Notes: generated by a model from the letters alone, not told the origin. A stretch of DNA of 64,000 nucleotides from Chrysemys picta bellii (GCF_011386835.1 NC_088808.1:17236001-17300000); one strand, 5' to 3'; positions 1 through 12,274 are shown, counted from the stretch's first letter. A program made the numbers and translations.

Positions 1-630
1 ACGTAGGTGATCATGCCCTTTGGAGCACACCTGCTCTGAGCAAGGCTAAGCACCATGCCACTCTCTCACGGGCACATTGCCAATGTGGACAGTGCTAGGA
101 ATTTTTTTTTCATCTCTAGAGATGACACTTCGAGTTAAAGGGATACTATCAGATCAAATTTTATTTCTCAATTAAGCCATCTAGAGTCAGTGCCTCATAC
201 ATGAGCAGCTCAAACTAAAATTGTGAGGGAGCAAGGGAGGACTGTTGGTTACTTCTAAAATGATATATTGGTACCTAGATGCCATGGTGATGGACGCCTT
301 AGAAATGCAGATGAGCTTTTGTACTGACTTTTGCCCACTTCTAATTTGATGGGTTTGCAAGTTTTAGGTTTTTTTTTGTTTTTTTTTACATGTACCCGGA
401 AGCTGCAATGGAGGACACTGGAATAACCAAAAGATCAGACGTTAAAGAACATTTTCTTGTATTTAAATTTTTTAAAATGCTCCCATTAAACACTTGGGAG
501 ACATTATGAGAGATCTAGCACCCCCCTCCTTCCTTCCTTCTAATTATCATCCTCCATCCTCTATTTCGAGTCAATGAAAATTGGCTGATGAATTCATGAT
601 CTCCCCTCCTTTGCCATCCGCTGATTAGAG
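1..630. repeat. Inverted duplicate of 58526-59130 (DNA upstream of RPL7A)
   Basis: Bases 1-30 (acgtaggtgatcatgccctttggagcacac) are the reverse complement of 59101-59130 with one mismatch. Colinear similarity continues by eye to about 630 (pairs with about 58526), including the T/A tracts. Confidence 0.9.
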
Positions 631-1818
631 ATGCCAATCGCCTCCTCGGCTGGTCCTGGTTTTGCTTTGGGATGTCCTGGCTCTGCATATACTCTAGGAC
701 AATGTGCGTGGTGTTCATAGTGCTCATAATTGCCGCGGTGATCTAAGCGGGCTCCATGATCCCAGTGCTATGGCGTCCGGTCTGAAAAAAGGCGCGAAAC
801 TGATGGAGGGAGGGAGGGGCGACTGACGACATGGCGTACAGGTACTGGGAATTAAAATCAACAAAGGTGGCTGTGCATCAGGGAGAAACACAAACAACTG
901 TCACACAGAATGGCCCGCCCTCAAAGATTGAACTCTAAACCCTGGGTTTAGCAGGCCATTGATTTCACGGAGGGAGGGGGAAGCAAATGAATACAGAACA
1001 AATCTGGTCCATCTATTTTTTACATCTTAAGCTGGCAGCAGATGGTGCAGCATGACTGATAGCCCTCAGCATCTTCTGGGTGCTTGGCAGAAGATACTGT
1101 ACTATGACTGCTAGCCATCATCGTCAAGAATCAGATGCCCAGAGTGGAAAGTTTGGTGCAGTATTCCTTAGAGGTGCCTCTGATTGAACTCACTGAGGAG
1201 TACGACGACGACAGATACCAATCGTAATACGCCATACGCTGCCAAAAGGCAAGGAGCTGCTGCTGTGTAGCAATGCAGCCCCACATCTGCCAGCACACAG
1301 ATAGCCAATGACGGCTACCAGTCATACTGCACCGTCTACTGCCAAAAGCCAATTAGCTGCTGCTGTGTAGCAATGCAGTACCACCTCTGCCGGCACCCAG
1401 ATGACATATGGTGACGGTGAGCTGAGATGAGCGGGCTCCATGCTTGCCATGGTATGTCGTCTGCACAGGTAACCCAGGTAAAAAGGCGCGAATCGATTGT
1501 CTGCCATTGCTCTGACGGAGGGGGAGGGGCCTGACGACATGTACCCAGAACCCCCCGTGACACTGTTTTGCATGATCAGGCATTGGGATCTCAACCCAGA
1601 ATTCCAATGGGCGGCGGAGACTGCGGGAACTGTGGGATAGCTACCCACAGTGCAACGCTCCAGAAGTCGACGCTAGCCTCGGTACTGTGGACGCGGTCCT
1701 CCAACTTAATGCACTTAGAGCATTTTATGTGGGGACACACACAATCGACTGTATAAAACCGATTTCTATAAAACCGGCTTATATAAATTCGATCTAATTT
1801 CGTAGTGTAGACATACCC
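631..1818. mobile_element. Non-autonomous PIF/Harbinger-type DNA transposon, left end truncated
   Basis: Right terminus ...tagtgtagacataccc followed by TGA (TNA-type target). Internal repeated motif agctgctgctgtgtagcaatgcag. No transposase ORF. Confidence 0.65.
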
Positions 1819-3052
1819 TGAGTAATTGTTCCCACTAGAGGTGGTGAAGAACTTTGCTATTACTTCACAGCTTTCAGCCCCACCACAATCATGGAACAGA
1901 ACCTAGGAAGGTAACGGGAAGTCATCATTTGTTATCTTTGCTACTGACAAGTTTTTAAAGACCTACTAACATGGGCCATACACAGGTTAATGTTGCGAAC
2001 CTATGGATTTCAAGAACCATGAGCCATGTTCTGATTCCTAGTTTGGAAAACAAAGATATAATGAGCTAGCAAGTTTGTGCATCTCAGCATGCTGATATTT
2101 TGCTGTTAGCCTAGCAGTGTTTGTACAAGGCAAAAGTAGAAGGTGGTCATTCCATTTTCTTCCATCTATAGAGAAGTGAAGAATATCCTAGTACTTCAGG
2201 GGGGTCACTAGCTTCGGGTCACCAGAAGACTCTGTCAGTGTCTCCAGGAATAATACAAATGAAACTTTACAGCATAACCAGCAAAAGGTCTGCATGGTTT
2301 GGATTTATTTTTAAATAACGTTATTAAGATGCTCTGGATAGAGATATATCCTCTTTGCTGAGTTTTATTATAATTATTTCAATCCCTTTGAAATATGAGC
2401 TGCAAATGCTCGGATATATGGACTGAAACAATGACGATGACCATCCCGAAAACTATTAATGAAGACCACAGCTGTGAATTTCCAGCGTTTCTTCCATAAC
2501 CTAGATTCTAGACAGCAGAGCCTGGCTGATTCGCACTGATTGCCCAGCAGCTATTGTGGGTTACAAGATTTTCACATTTCGGAAATAAGCGATCAAAACA
2601 CATAGCACTTGGGGAGTTGGTTGCATCCGGTGTGCCTTCCTTTTAGTTCTGTTAGACTTCAGAGGACTGCATGTGTCATACAGGACAGGGTGTGAACATC
2701 ATGGAGACCGAGTGATATAAACCCACATGACAACGCTCTTCCCACGATGCAGTTTACCCCCACAGCTCCTAGAAAGACACCTCCCCCCTCGGCTCTTGCA
2801 CCTTTGCTGAGAAATGGGAGGAGGCCGCTAGCGCTGTAGTGAAATTAATTGGGCTTGTGGATTAGATAAACGAGAAGCGGTGAGGTTCTGATGCTCTGAG
2901 ATGGCGACGGGGAGGGAATTCTACCAACCTCCAGGCAGGACCAGAGCGGGGCGCACTCTACCATCCCCCCCAGCAGAGACAGGGGGTCACTCTCCCCAGC
3001 ACCCCCTCCCACAGCAGGACGGGGGCGGTTAATTTCTCAAGCACGCTACTAC

Positions 3053-4002
3053 TAGGGTTACCATATCTAATAAATAAAAAAAGAGGACCCTCCACGGGCC
3101 CTGGCCCCGACCATTTCCCCACCCCCAGCCCCGCCCCAACTGGAGGCTCTGCTCCTCCCCTGACTCTTCGGCTCTGTTTAAGAGCCGGGCTGCCCGAGCA
3201 CTACCGGCTTCGGGCAGCCCCCATGCCTCCGGACCCCGCGCCGCCAGAGCCCGGGAGGGGAAGTGCCCGGCCGGCGGCTGGGGTCCAGAGGCAAGGGGGC
3301 TGCCTGAAGCCCATAGCGCTCGGGCAGCTCGGCTCTTAAACAGAGCCAAAAGAGTCAGGGGAGGAGCAGAGCCGCCATTTTCCCGGACATGTTCGGCTTT
3401 TTGGCAATTCCCCCCTCCCGGGCTCCGGCAGCGCAGGGTCCGGAGGCATGGAGGCTGCCCGAAGCCGGTAGCGCTCGGGCAGCTCGGCTCTTAAACAGAG
3501 CCAAAGAGTCAGGGGAGGAGCAGAGCCTCTGGCCGTGGCGGCTCTGCTCCTCCCCTGACTCTTTGGCTCTGTTTAAGAGCTGAGCGCTACGGGCTTTGGG
3601 CAGCCCCCATGCCTCCGGACCCTGCGCCGCTGGAGCCCGGAAGGGGAAGTGCCCGGCCGGGGGCGCAGGGTTCGGAGGCATAGGGGCTGCCCGAAGCCCA
3701 AGCGCTACCGGCTTCACGGTTTGCCGGGCAGCCTCCAGACCCTGCGCCCCCAGCTGGGCGCTTCCCCTCCCAGGCTCCAGCTACGCTGGGGAAGCGCCGG
3801 CCGGGGGCACAGGGTCTGGGGGCTGCCCGGCAAACCATGAAGCCGGTAGCCCTCGGGTAGCCCTTTTCGCGTGGCTGGGAGTGGGAGGGGCGGAGTTAGG
3901 TCGGGGAAGGGGCGGAGTTGGGGCGGGGCTGGGTGGTGAAATGGGCGGGGCCAGGGCCCATGGAGGGTCCTCTTTTTTTATTTGTTAAAGATGGTAACCC
4001 TA
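3053..4002. mobile_element. hAT-type MITE composite (two left ends in inverted orientation)
   Basis: Ends TAGGGTTACCAT...ATGGTAACCCTA. Both ends resemble the left end of the copy at 38361-38947. GC-rich internal repeats; flanking 8-mers do not match. Confidence 0.75.
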
Positions 4003-4658
4003 TCATATTGGGTTGATCTACCACTTCCCCCATCTCCACTACAGAAGCCTAGAAGTACAGTACATTTAGTGATAGCAATACCCAAACAAAAACAGTTTCA
4101 GGCTAAAAAAAAGGCATGGAAAAAAACCCAGCTGGGATCCACTCATCAAACACAGCAGCTCTTTACAAGAATTGAGGAACTCTTTCTTGGTAAATATGCC
4201 CAAGAGGCTGTTTCAAGAATAAGCATTACCCCAGGGTTGGATTTGGGCTCAAAGAGCACCACTAATAGAGTGGATTGAGCAGGACGCATGGGTTGGTGTA
4301 ACAAGCCTCCAAGTTGGGACAAAAAGGCTCATCTATAACAAGGGCAGTCTCATCAGGCCTGTGCTCATCAAAAGCTGATGCCATTTGCTGGTTGCTCAGT
4401 GGCCTCTGTGAAAGGTGGTACTGGTCTCAGTTCTAGTGGACAATTGCTACTTGTGGCACCAACAGGTCTCAGCAGAGGCCAAGAACGGAATGATCCACTG
4501 AGTCTGAACCACATTGATGCTGCATGGACTCCATGAATCTGGGTTTGAGTCACATAAGTGAAGCAATTTGGTAGAAGCTTGTACTGCTGCCACCTCTGTA
4601 AGGACTTATTGTGTGAATAGGAAGGAGTCTTCAGTTTTCAAAGCTGCCAAGCCAGCAG

Positions 4659-4781
4659 TAGGGTGACCAGATGTCCCAATTTTATAGGGACAGTCCCAAT
4701 TTTTGGGTCTTTTTCTTATATAGGCTCCTATTACCCCCACTTCCTGTCCCGATTTTTCACACTTGGTGTCTGGTCACCCTA
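4659..4781. mobile_element. hAT MITE
   Basis: TIRs TAGGGTGACCAGA / TCTGGTCACCCTA; 8-bp TSD gccagcag at 4651-4658 and 4782-4789. Confidence 0.85.
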
Positions 4782-5090
4782 GCCAGCAGCTTCCACCAGT
4801 CTGAAATTCACTTATAAAAAGTTCTGCTTGTCTAGAAAAAATTGAGCAGGACTCTGTAGCTGGAAGCAAGCCCAACCTGAGTGAAGCGGGGGGGGGGGGG
4901 GGCATTTTGCTGGCCAGTGAAAGGTCTGTCAGAGCTGGTCGCTGTGAGCCCACAGCTGGACCAGAGTCTCTTTCCCTTTTGGGGGACACAGGAGTGTCTA
5001 CCCCAGAGGGGAGCTCAAAAACGAATGTTAGGTATACTGCCTCCACCATGGTCAGTGTCAAAGTCTCTGGCAGTAAGTTCAGGAGGCGGG

Positions 5091-6242
5091 TGTGACATTG
5101 CACTTTATATGATTTTATGAAAATATGCTAATGAGAGTGAATATAATGTAACTGGAATATGCTTCATGCAAAAGGTCTCCTATAATGTATCATTACAAAG
5201 CTTATAATCTACTGAGTGTGGTCATCATATTTGTATACATGTATCACTCTTGTATCTGAAACTAGAAATATAAAATATAACTCTGAGGGCCTATTGTAAT
5301 TATGCAAAGTGTGGGCCATTATTGGTGGTTTGGAATCTTGATGGCTCCCATTAATCAGGACAATTGTCTGTAAATGGCTCTGTTTTACGTGTAAGTCTTC
5401 CTGTATACATCTGTGCTGGCAAGTGGGTAATTAAGTCTTACAATGACATGTGATCATGTCACCTGAACTGGAATCCATCTTTAACCCGTTTTTTTTCCAT
5501 TGAGAAAGAGGGGTGGGAACCCAGTGAGGGGACAAAGGATTCCTGCCATATGCAAAAGATACATAAGTGGGTGGAACAGAACAAAGGGGGCGGCCATCAT
5601 GAGAAATCCCCTAGCTACCACCTGAGATTGAACAAGGGCTGTACCAGGGGAAAGGATTGTACCCAGACTAGGAAGGCATCCAGTCTGTGAAAGAAACTTA
5701 TTGAAACATCTCTAAGGGTGAGATTTTATCTGTATTCAGTTTTATTACTGTACTAGACTTAGACTTGTGGGTTTTATTTTATTTTTCTTGGTAATTTACT
5801 TTCTTCTGTCTGTTACTACTTGGAACCACTTAAATCCTACTTTCTGTATTTAATAAAATCACTTTTTACTTATTAATTAACAGGGGGGAGAACAAACAGC
5901 TGTGCATACCTCTCTATAAGTGTTACACAGGGTAAATTCATAAATTGTTTGCCCTCTATAAGCTTATACAGGGTAAAACGGATTTATTTGGGGTTTGGAC
6001 CCCATTGGGAGTTGGGCATCTGAGTGTTAAAGACAGGAACACGTCTGTGAGCTGCTTTCAGTTAAGTCTGCAGCTCTGGGGATGTGGTTCAGACCCTGGG
6101 TTCGTGTTGGAGCAGACTGGTGTGTCTGTCTCAACAAGACAGGGTGTTGGAGTCCCAAGCTGGCAGGGAAAGCAGGGGCAGAAGTAGTCTTAGCACATCA
6201 GTTGGCAGCCCCCGGGGGGTTTCTGTGATCCAATCCGTTACA
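5091..6242 (+). mobile_element. Solo LTR
   Basis: TG...CA termini (tgtgacattg...ccgttaca), internal AATAAA, related to the LTRs at 9555-10700 and 32160-33346. No TSD recognised. Confidence 0.7.
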
Positions 6243-6741
6243 CCATTGCCTAGGAATTAATCACAGGTTTCAAAAAAGTTAGACCAAATCTTTTCAAATT
6301 TGTCTGAGGTCCCTCTTCTCCAAAACATTATCTTCTTTTTAGCTGCTAAGTCCTCATATTACTGGGCCAAGCTTCTATCCCCAGAAGCAATTTGCTTTTC
6401 TATCTAAGCAATAAGCTGTTTGGCTACAATCATTGATCTAGAAAACCAAACTTCCTGTGAGTTAGAGCATTTCCAAAACACAGTTCTGGGAGGTAATTTT
6501 TAGAGATGTAGCCACTATCATATTAATCCTCCAACCTATTCTAGCTAAATGAATTGCGTCCTGAGATAGTCCAAAACACGTGGGCCAGTGTGGCTCCAGA
6601 AGTCTCCAGCAACAGTCAGTTTTGGTAAGGCCCATGCGCTAATTGAAACCTACGTGGGGACCAGAGTTAAGGAAACAGAATTTTCTGCTGGATCAGCCTT
6701 AATCATAGATCAGTAGTAGCAGAGATTGTAATGTTTTGCAA

Positions 6742-7395
6742 AAACAACAAAGGAGTCTGGTGGCACCTTAAAGACTAACAGATTTATTTGGGCATAAGCT
6801 TTCGTGGGTAAAAACCCATCTTCTTCAGATGCATAGAGTGAAAGTTACAGATGCAGGCATTATATACTGACACATGGAGAGAAGGGACTTACTTTGCAAG
6901 TGGAGAACCAGTGTTGACAGGGCCAATTCAATCAGGGTGGATGTAGTCCACTCCCAGTAATAGATGAGGAAGTGTCAATTCCAGGAGAGGAGAAGCTGCT
7001 TCTGTAATGAGCCAGCCACTCCCAGTCCCTATTCAAGCCCAGATATATGCCATCATGTGCCAGCAAGGCCCCTCTGCCATGTACATTGGCCAAACCGGAC
7101 AGTCCCTCCGCAAAAGAATAAATGGACACAAATTGGACATCAGGAATGGTAACATACAAAAGCCAGTAAGCGAACACTTCAATCTCCCTGGTCATTCTAT
7201 TACAGATTTAAAAGTCATTATCATTGAACAAAAAAAACTTCAGAAACAGACTTCAAAGAGAAACAGCAGAACTAAAATTCATTTGCAAATTTAACACCAT
7301 TAATCTGGGCTTGAATAGGGACTGGGAATGGCTGACTGACTCCTTGTTGTTTTTGTAGATACAGACTAACACGGCTACCCCCTGATACTTGACAC
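6742..7395 (+). mobile_element. 5'-truncated Penelope-like element (GIY-YIG endonuclease remnant) with inverted 5' part
   Basis: ORF 7007-7294 has IYAIMCQQGPSAMYIGQTGQSLRKRINGHK (PLE GIY-YIG). 12-bp TSD aatgttttgcaa at 6730-6741 and 7396-7407. About 7013-7043 is the reverse complement of about 7303-7333. Confidence 0.9.
6792..6832 (-). ncRNA. Minimal type I hammerhead ribozyme motif (PLE-derived)
   Basis: Minus strand reads GCAT-CTGAAGA-A-GATGGG ttttta CCCAC-GAAA-GCTTA-TGC: helix I GCAT/ATGC, catalytic boxes CUGAnGA and GAAA, palindromic AAGCTT in place of helix III. Confidence 0.7.
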
Positions 7396-7684
7396 AATGT
7401 TTTGCAAGACACTTAATTATTGACTAGGATTCAAAGATATATACAAATCCGAATGAGGGAGGTTTTTTGGGCCAGGAGGAAGTTACAATAGGCTACAGCT
7501 GTTCAGGTGAATGCAGAAGTTTTTGGCTCCCAGGCCTGTACTCAGATTACTAGATGCTGCTGTCTCTCATGTTATTGTACTTTAATCACTTGCTTTTGCC
7601 CACTCTCCCAATAAACCATTTTATTGGTATGACAGTGGATTCCAGGTTGTACAATCACAGACAAAGACACACCTTGAGTGTATC

Positions 7685-8586
7685 TGTCATAACTATAAAG
7701 GGAAGGGTAACAGCTGTCCTGTGTACAGTACTATAAAATCCCTCCTGGCCAGAGACTCCAAAATCCTTTTCCCTGTAAAGGGTTAAGAAGCTCAGGTAAC
7801 CTGGCTGGCATCTGACCCAAAGGACCAATAAGGGGATAAGATACTTTCAAATCTTGGGGGGGAGGGAAGGCTTTTGTTTGTGCTCTTTGTTTGGGAGTTC
7901 GTTCGCTCTTGGGACTGAGAGGGACCAGACATCAATCCAGGTTCTCCATATCTTTCTAAACAAGTCTCTCATATTTCAAACTTGTAAGTAAACAGCCAGG
8001 CAAGGCGTGTTAGTTTTACTTTGTTTTCTCAACTTGTAAATGTACCTTTTACTAGAGTGTTTATCTTTGTTTGCTATACTTTGATTCTGAGGCTAGAGGG
8101 AGGTCCTCTGAGCTCTTTAAGTTTGATTACCCTGTAAAGTTATTTTCCATACTGATTTTACAGAGATGATTTTTATCTTTTTTCTTTAATTAAAAGTCTT
8201 CTTTTTAAGAACCTGATTGATTTTTCCCTTGTTATTAGATCCAAGGGGGTTGGAACTGTATTCACCAGGAGTTGGTGGAAGGAAGGAGGGGGAGTGGTTA
8301 ATTTCTCCTTGTTTTAAGATCCAAGGGGGTTGGATCTGTATTCACCAGGAGTTGGTGGAAGGAAGGAGGGGGGATGGTTCATTTCTCCCTGCTTTAAGAT
8401 CCAAGGGGTTTGGATCTGTATTCACCAGGGAATTGGTGAAGAGTTTCTCAAGGCTTCCCAGGGAAGGGAATCCACTTGGGAATGGTGGCAGCGAAACAGA
8501 TCTAAGCTGGTAGTTAAGCTTAGAAGTTTTCATGCAGGCCCCCACATTTGTACCCTAAAATTCAGAGTGGGGAAGCAGCCTTGACA
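7685..8586 (+). mobile_element. Solo LTR with internal ~70-bp tandem repeats
   Basis: TG...CA termini, 5-bp TSD gtatc (7680-7684, 8587-8591), three copies of gatccaaggg...tattcaccagg at about 8238-8430. Confidence 0.85.
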
Positions 8587-9554
8587 GTATCAAGAAACTC
8601 AGTTGTTGTTGTTGGGTAGGTGTGGGTGTGTCTACCTACCTACTGGGGTCACCAACAAAACTCGTATTGTATTAAATGGAAGCAGAATTGGGCAAGTCTT
8701 GTTTTTGCCTCTTCCTTAACTGATCTTCACATTTTCCATTAGAACACCCACTACAGGGAAATACATTGAATAGACCTTGTTGTGAGAGGGAAAATCTTCC
8801 AACATTTCTGTTCAAGCCACTTCAATTCCCTTCTACAAGTGACTTTGAGGAAAAAAATTCCACTCTCAGTTACAACCTGCAAACTCAATTGCACAGATAC
8901 CATGGTGATAGGTGCTATTTAAAAACCCAAGACAGATTAATAGTGTAAGTGGAAGCAGAATTTGGCGCAGAAGAGGGCTCTACCAGTCATTTTATTCTGA
9001 CTGGTACTGTTACCAGGTGAGACTCATTACATCCTCATTTGGTCTCTTGTCCTGACATTTGTTAAGCAATCTTTGGTGCAGAGAGACAACGTCTTTTCTT
9101 TTGAGGGTCCAAAGATTTGTGAGGTATTAGGAGCTCTACCAATAGCAGATGGAGTTGCTTTCCATTGTCATACTTCTCCAGCCATTTCTCCCCAGGAAGC
9201 TAAGGTCTTTTAACTATAGTTCTGTGTCTTTCAGGAGAGAATATTAATTGAAAATAGATCTGATAACCCTGAGCTTTCTTCATTATAAATTAGATGAAAA
9301 CCTAAAGATTTGATATCACTCTGGGCCAGCTGAGATTGAAAAGATGGATCCAGATAAACTGTTGAGACACAAGATTATTTCATTTTCAAGTGTATTTTGT
9401 AAGGCGGAGAACACCACAGGATTGGAAGCAGCAGAACCTTGAGACGCATTTCAAGTATCCAACAGATTGGGGGCAGCCTGAACCACCGAGAAAAATCAAA
9501 TTGAACCAGAGAATTTTTTTTTTAAAGATCAAAAAAATTTAGTTAATGGGTTCA

Positions 9555-10700
9555 GTCACAGAGACTGTCTTGGGACTGTCACCTGATGTGCTGGAATTAC
9601 CTCTAAGCCCGTTTTCCCTTCCAACTTGGGACTCCAGAACCCTGCCTTGTTGAGCCAGACATGCTAGCCTGCTGCAACAGAGACCCAGGTCTGGTCCACG
9701 CCCCCAAAGCTGCAGACTTTAACCAAAAACTGCTCAGCAGGTCACTTATCTCCAGCACCCAGTGGGATTTAAAACCCAAATAAAGCCGTTTTACTCTGTA
9801 TAAAGCTTAGACAGGGTAAACTCATAAATTGTCCACCCTCCATAACACTGATAGAGAGATATGCACAGCTGTTTGTTCCCCCAGTTATCAATCACTTACT
9901 CTGGGTTCATCAATAAACAAAAGTGATTGTATTAAGTATAAAAACTAGGATTTAAGTGGTTTCAAGTAATAACAGACAGAACAAAATAAGTTACCAAGCA
10001 AAATAAAACAAAACACAACACGCAAATCTAAGCCTCATACATTAAGAGACTAAATACAGGTAAATCTCATCCTCAGAGATGTTCCAATAAGCTTCTTTCA
10101 CAGACTAGACTCCTTCCTAGTCTGCACCCAAGCCTTTCCCCTGACCTTGTTAGTTCCAGCAGGCATCTTAGGTGAAAAGCAGGGGATTTCACATGACTGG
10201 CACCCCTCTTATCCTCCACCCTCCTTTATAGCTTTGGCACAAGGCAGGAATTCTTTGTCTCTCTGGGTCCGCACCCACTCTTCTAAATGGAAAATTACCA
10301 GGTTTAAGATGGATTCAAGTACCAGGTGGCATGATCACATGTCACTGCAAGACCTCATTCTCCATTCTTTCAGGGTTGGCCTGCACATGCCTAGGAAGGT
10401 TTGTGAGTAAACAGAGCCATTTACAACCAATTGTCCTAGTTAATGGGAGCCATCAAGATTTTAAGCCACCATTAATGACCCATACTTTGCATAGTTACAA
10501 TAGGACTTCAGAGTAATACTTCATATTTCTAGCTTCAGATACAAGAATGATGCGTTCATACAGATAGGATGAACACACTCAGTAGATTATAAGCTTTGTA
10601 ATCATACCTTACAAGAGACCTTTTGCATGCAGCATATTCCAGTTACATTATATTCACACTCTAGCATATTTCCATAAAACATATGGAATGTAACATCACA
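9555..10700 (-). mobile_element. Solo LTR
   Basis: Reverse complement begins tgtgatgttacattccatatg... and is clearly similar to the start of the 5091 LTR. Confidence 0.7.
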
Positions 10701-10819
10701 GTAACATCTTGCAAATCATTCCCATATCCAGAAATACTGGGGATGTCAGAAAAAGTTATGGAGCTTTACCAATTGTCTGTATATTTTCATCAACCAAGGA
10801 AACCTACAAGATCAGTTAT

Positions 10820-11006
10820 AGACTAACAAATTTATTAGAGCATAAGCTTTCGTGACTACAGCCCACTTCTTCGGATGCATATACATAAGAAGTGGGCTGT
10901 AGTCCACGAAAGCTTATGCTCTAATAAATTTGTTAGTCTCTAAGGTGCCACAAGTCCTCCTGTTCTTCTTTTTGCGGATACAGACTAACACGGCTGCTAC
11001 TCTAAA
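10820..11006. mobile_element. Short PLE-derived hairpin element, about 45 bp downstream of the ABO stop
   Basis: Inverted arms 10821-10871 and 10887-10938; PLE 3' tail cagactaacacggctgctactct; 12-bp TSD aagatcagttat at 10808-10819 and 11007-11018. Confidence 0.9.
10840..10878 (-). ncRNA. Hammerhead-like motif (CCGAAGA core variant) on the ABO sense strand
   Basis: Minus strand GCAT-CCGAAGA-A-GTGGGCTGTAGTCAC-GAAA-GCTTA-TGC. U4 of the consensus core is C, so activity is uncertain. Confidence 0.55.
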
Positions 11007-11052
11007 AAGATCAGTTATGTTAGTTCGCACTAAGGCCAGTCTGAGATGAACT

Positions 11053-11740
11053 TCATTTATTTCGGATTGCAGCATGGTTCTTTCGTACAGCAAGAAACCT
11101 TCTTTTCTTAAGGATCTCTCGCCTACCCATATCGTCATCCCACAGGTATTCTGGAGAAAGTATTTTGGTTGGTTTATGGTAAACAAAATACTTGTTTAAG
11201 TGACTCTCATCGTGCCAGATTGCCTCAATTCCATTGGCTTTGTCCACCATCATGGCTTCATGGCATTTCTTGGTCAACTTGTAAACCTCCATTACTGTTC
11301 CTCCAAAAAAGCCTCCAGCATAGTAGAAGTCACCCTCATCGCTGGGCACATAAGCTTGAGAAGCAGGTCGATGTTCGTAGGTGAAAGACTGACGCTCTGC
11401 AGCGTAGAAACCTGGGTGTAGTGTGCCAAACAAGTCGCTCAGGATCTCCACTCCAACTTGGTCATTAAACCTCATGTCTACATCCACACACACTAGGTAG
11501 CTGACCTCATTAATGAACCGCTGCTGAAAGAAGTTGCTGATCATTTCCATTCGTCGCATAGAGATTTCTTGCCACCTAGGGTAGTTTTGGACTGGCAGAA
11601 CCACTTTTTTCCTTCCTTCTTTGAGCACAACTTCAGGAACTTCTTCTGGTCTGTCTGTGAAAATGTAATAGTTCACCCTATGTCCAACCATAAAATACAT
11701 CTCTGCAGTTTCTAAAAACTTCTTGAGGAAGACTACATAC
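11053..11740 (-). CDS. ABO: ABO glycosyltransferase (GT6), last coding exon (688 bp)
   Basis: Acceptor ttttttctag then G TAT GTA GTC TTC ([13 protein letters not shown]). Motifs VCVDVDM (DxD), [37 protein letters not shown]. Same size as I recall for human exon 7. Confidence 0.97.
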
Positions 11741-11936
11741 CTAGAAAAAAAAAAGAAAGAAATTCTCTATTAGAAATAAAAGGCACTGTGGTAGAAGACA
11801 GGAAGAAGGGGATACAGAGAGCAACAAAGTGAAAGGATCAGGGAGACCCATAGGGTGTGCAGAAGAGGGAGCAGGTGGGGGAAATGGTGGAGGTGTAAGA
11901 AGGGGCAGAGATGTAAAGCATCTTGAAGGTGAGGAT

Positions 11937-12274
11937 CAGGGCCGACTCTAGGATTTTTGCTGCCCCAAGCAAAAACAATTTTGCCCCCCCCCCCCGTTTT
12001 TTTCTTACCCCACCCCCGGCCCCGCCTCAACTCCGCCCCTTCCCCAAATCCCCAGCCCTGCCTCCTCCCCCATGGCTCTCAAGCCTAGGAGGGAGGGAGG
12101 GGGAGAAGCAGCACGCAAATCAGCTGTTTCACGCACCGTGGCATGCGAGCGGCAGCAGCGGAGGCAAGCTAGGGCGGCCGGGGCACATTTTTAGGGGCGG
12201 CATTCTGGCGCCAGCCATGCTGCCCCTAAAAACGTGCCGCCCCAAGCACCAGCTGGTGCCTAGAGCCGGCCCTG
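11937..12274. mobile_element. hAT MITE in ABO intron 6
   Basis: TIRs CAGGGCCG(a/g)CTCTAG / CTAGAGCCGGCCCTG; 8-bp TSD gtgaggat at 11929-11936 and 12275-12282. Confidence 0.85.

Noticed and set aside
1131-1756. Cluster of 60-108 aa ORFs as a possible Harbinger transposase
   Set aside because: No DDE or Myb/SANT motifs; non-autonomous element sequence.
2380-2510. Exon-like open stretch with a hydrophobic run on the minus strand
   Set aside because: No recognisable homology and no convincing donor/acceptor pair or partner exons.
3029-3988. GC-rich ORFs here and at 24605-26426 and 38465-39006
   Set aside because: Translations of non-coding MITE interiors; the same peptides recur in each copy. 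Only the CR1-derived parts are genuine coding remnants.
8235-8430. Three ~70-bp direct repeats resembling a CRISPR array
   Set aside because: No unique spacers, eukaryotic context, lies inside a TSD-flanked LTR.
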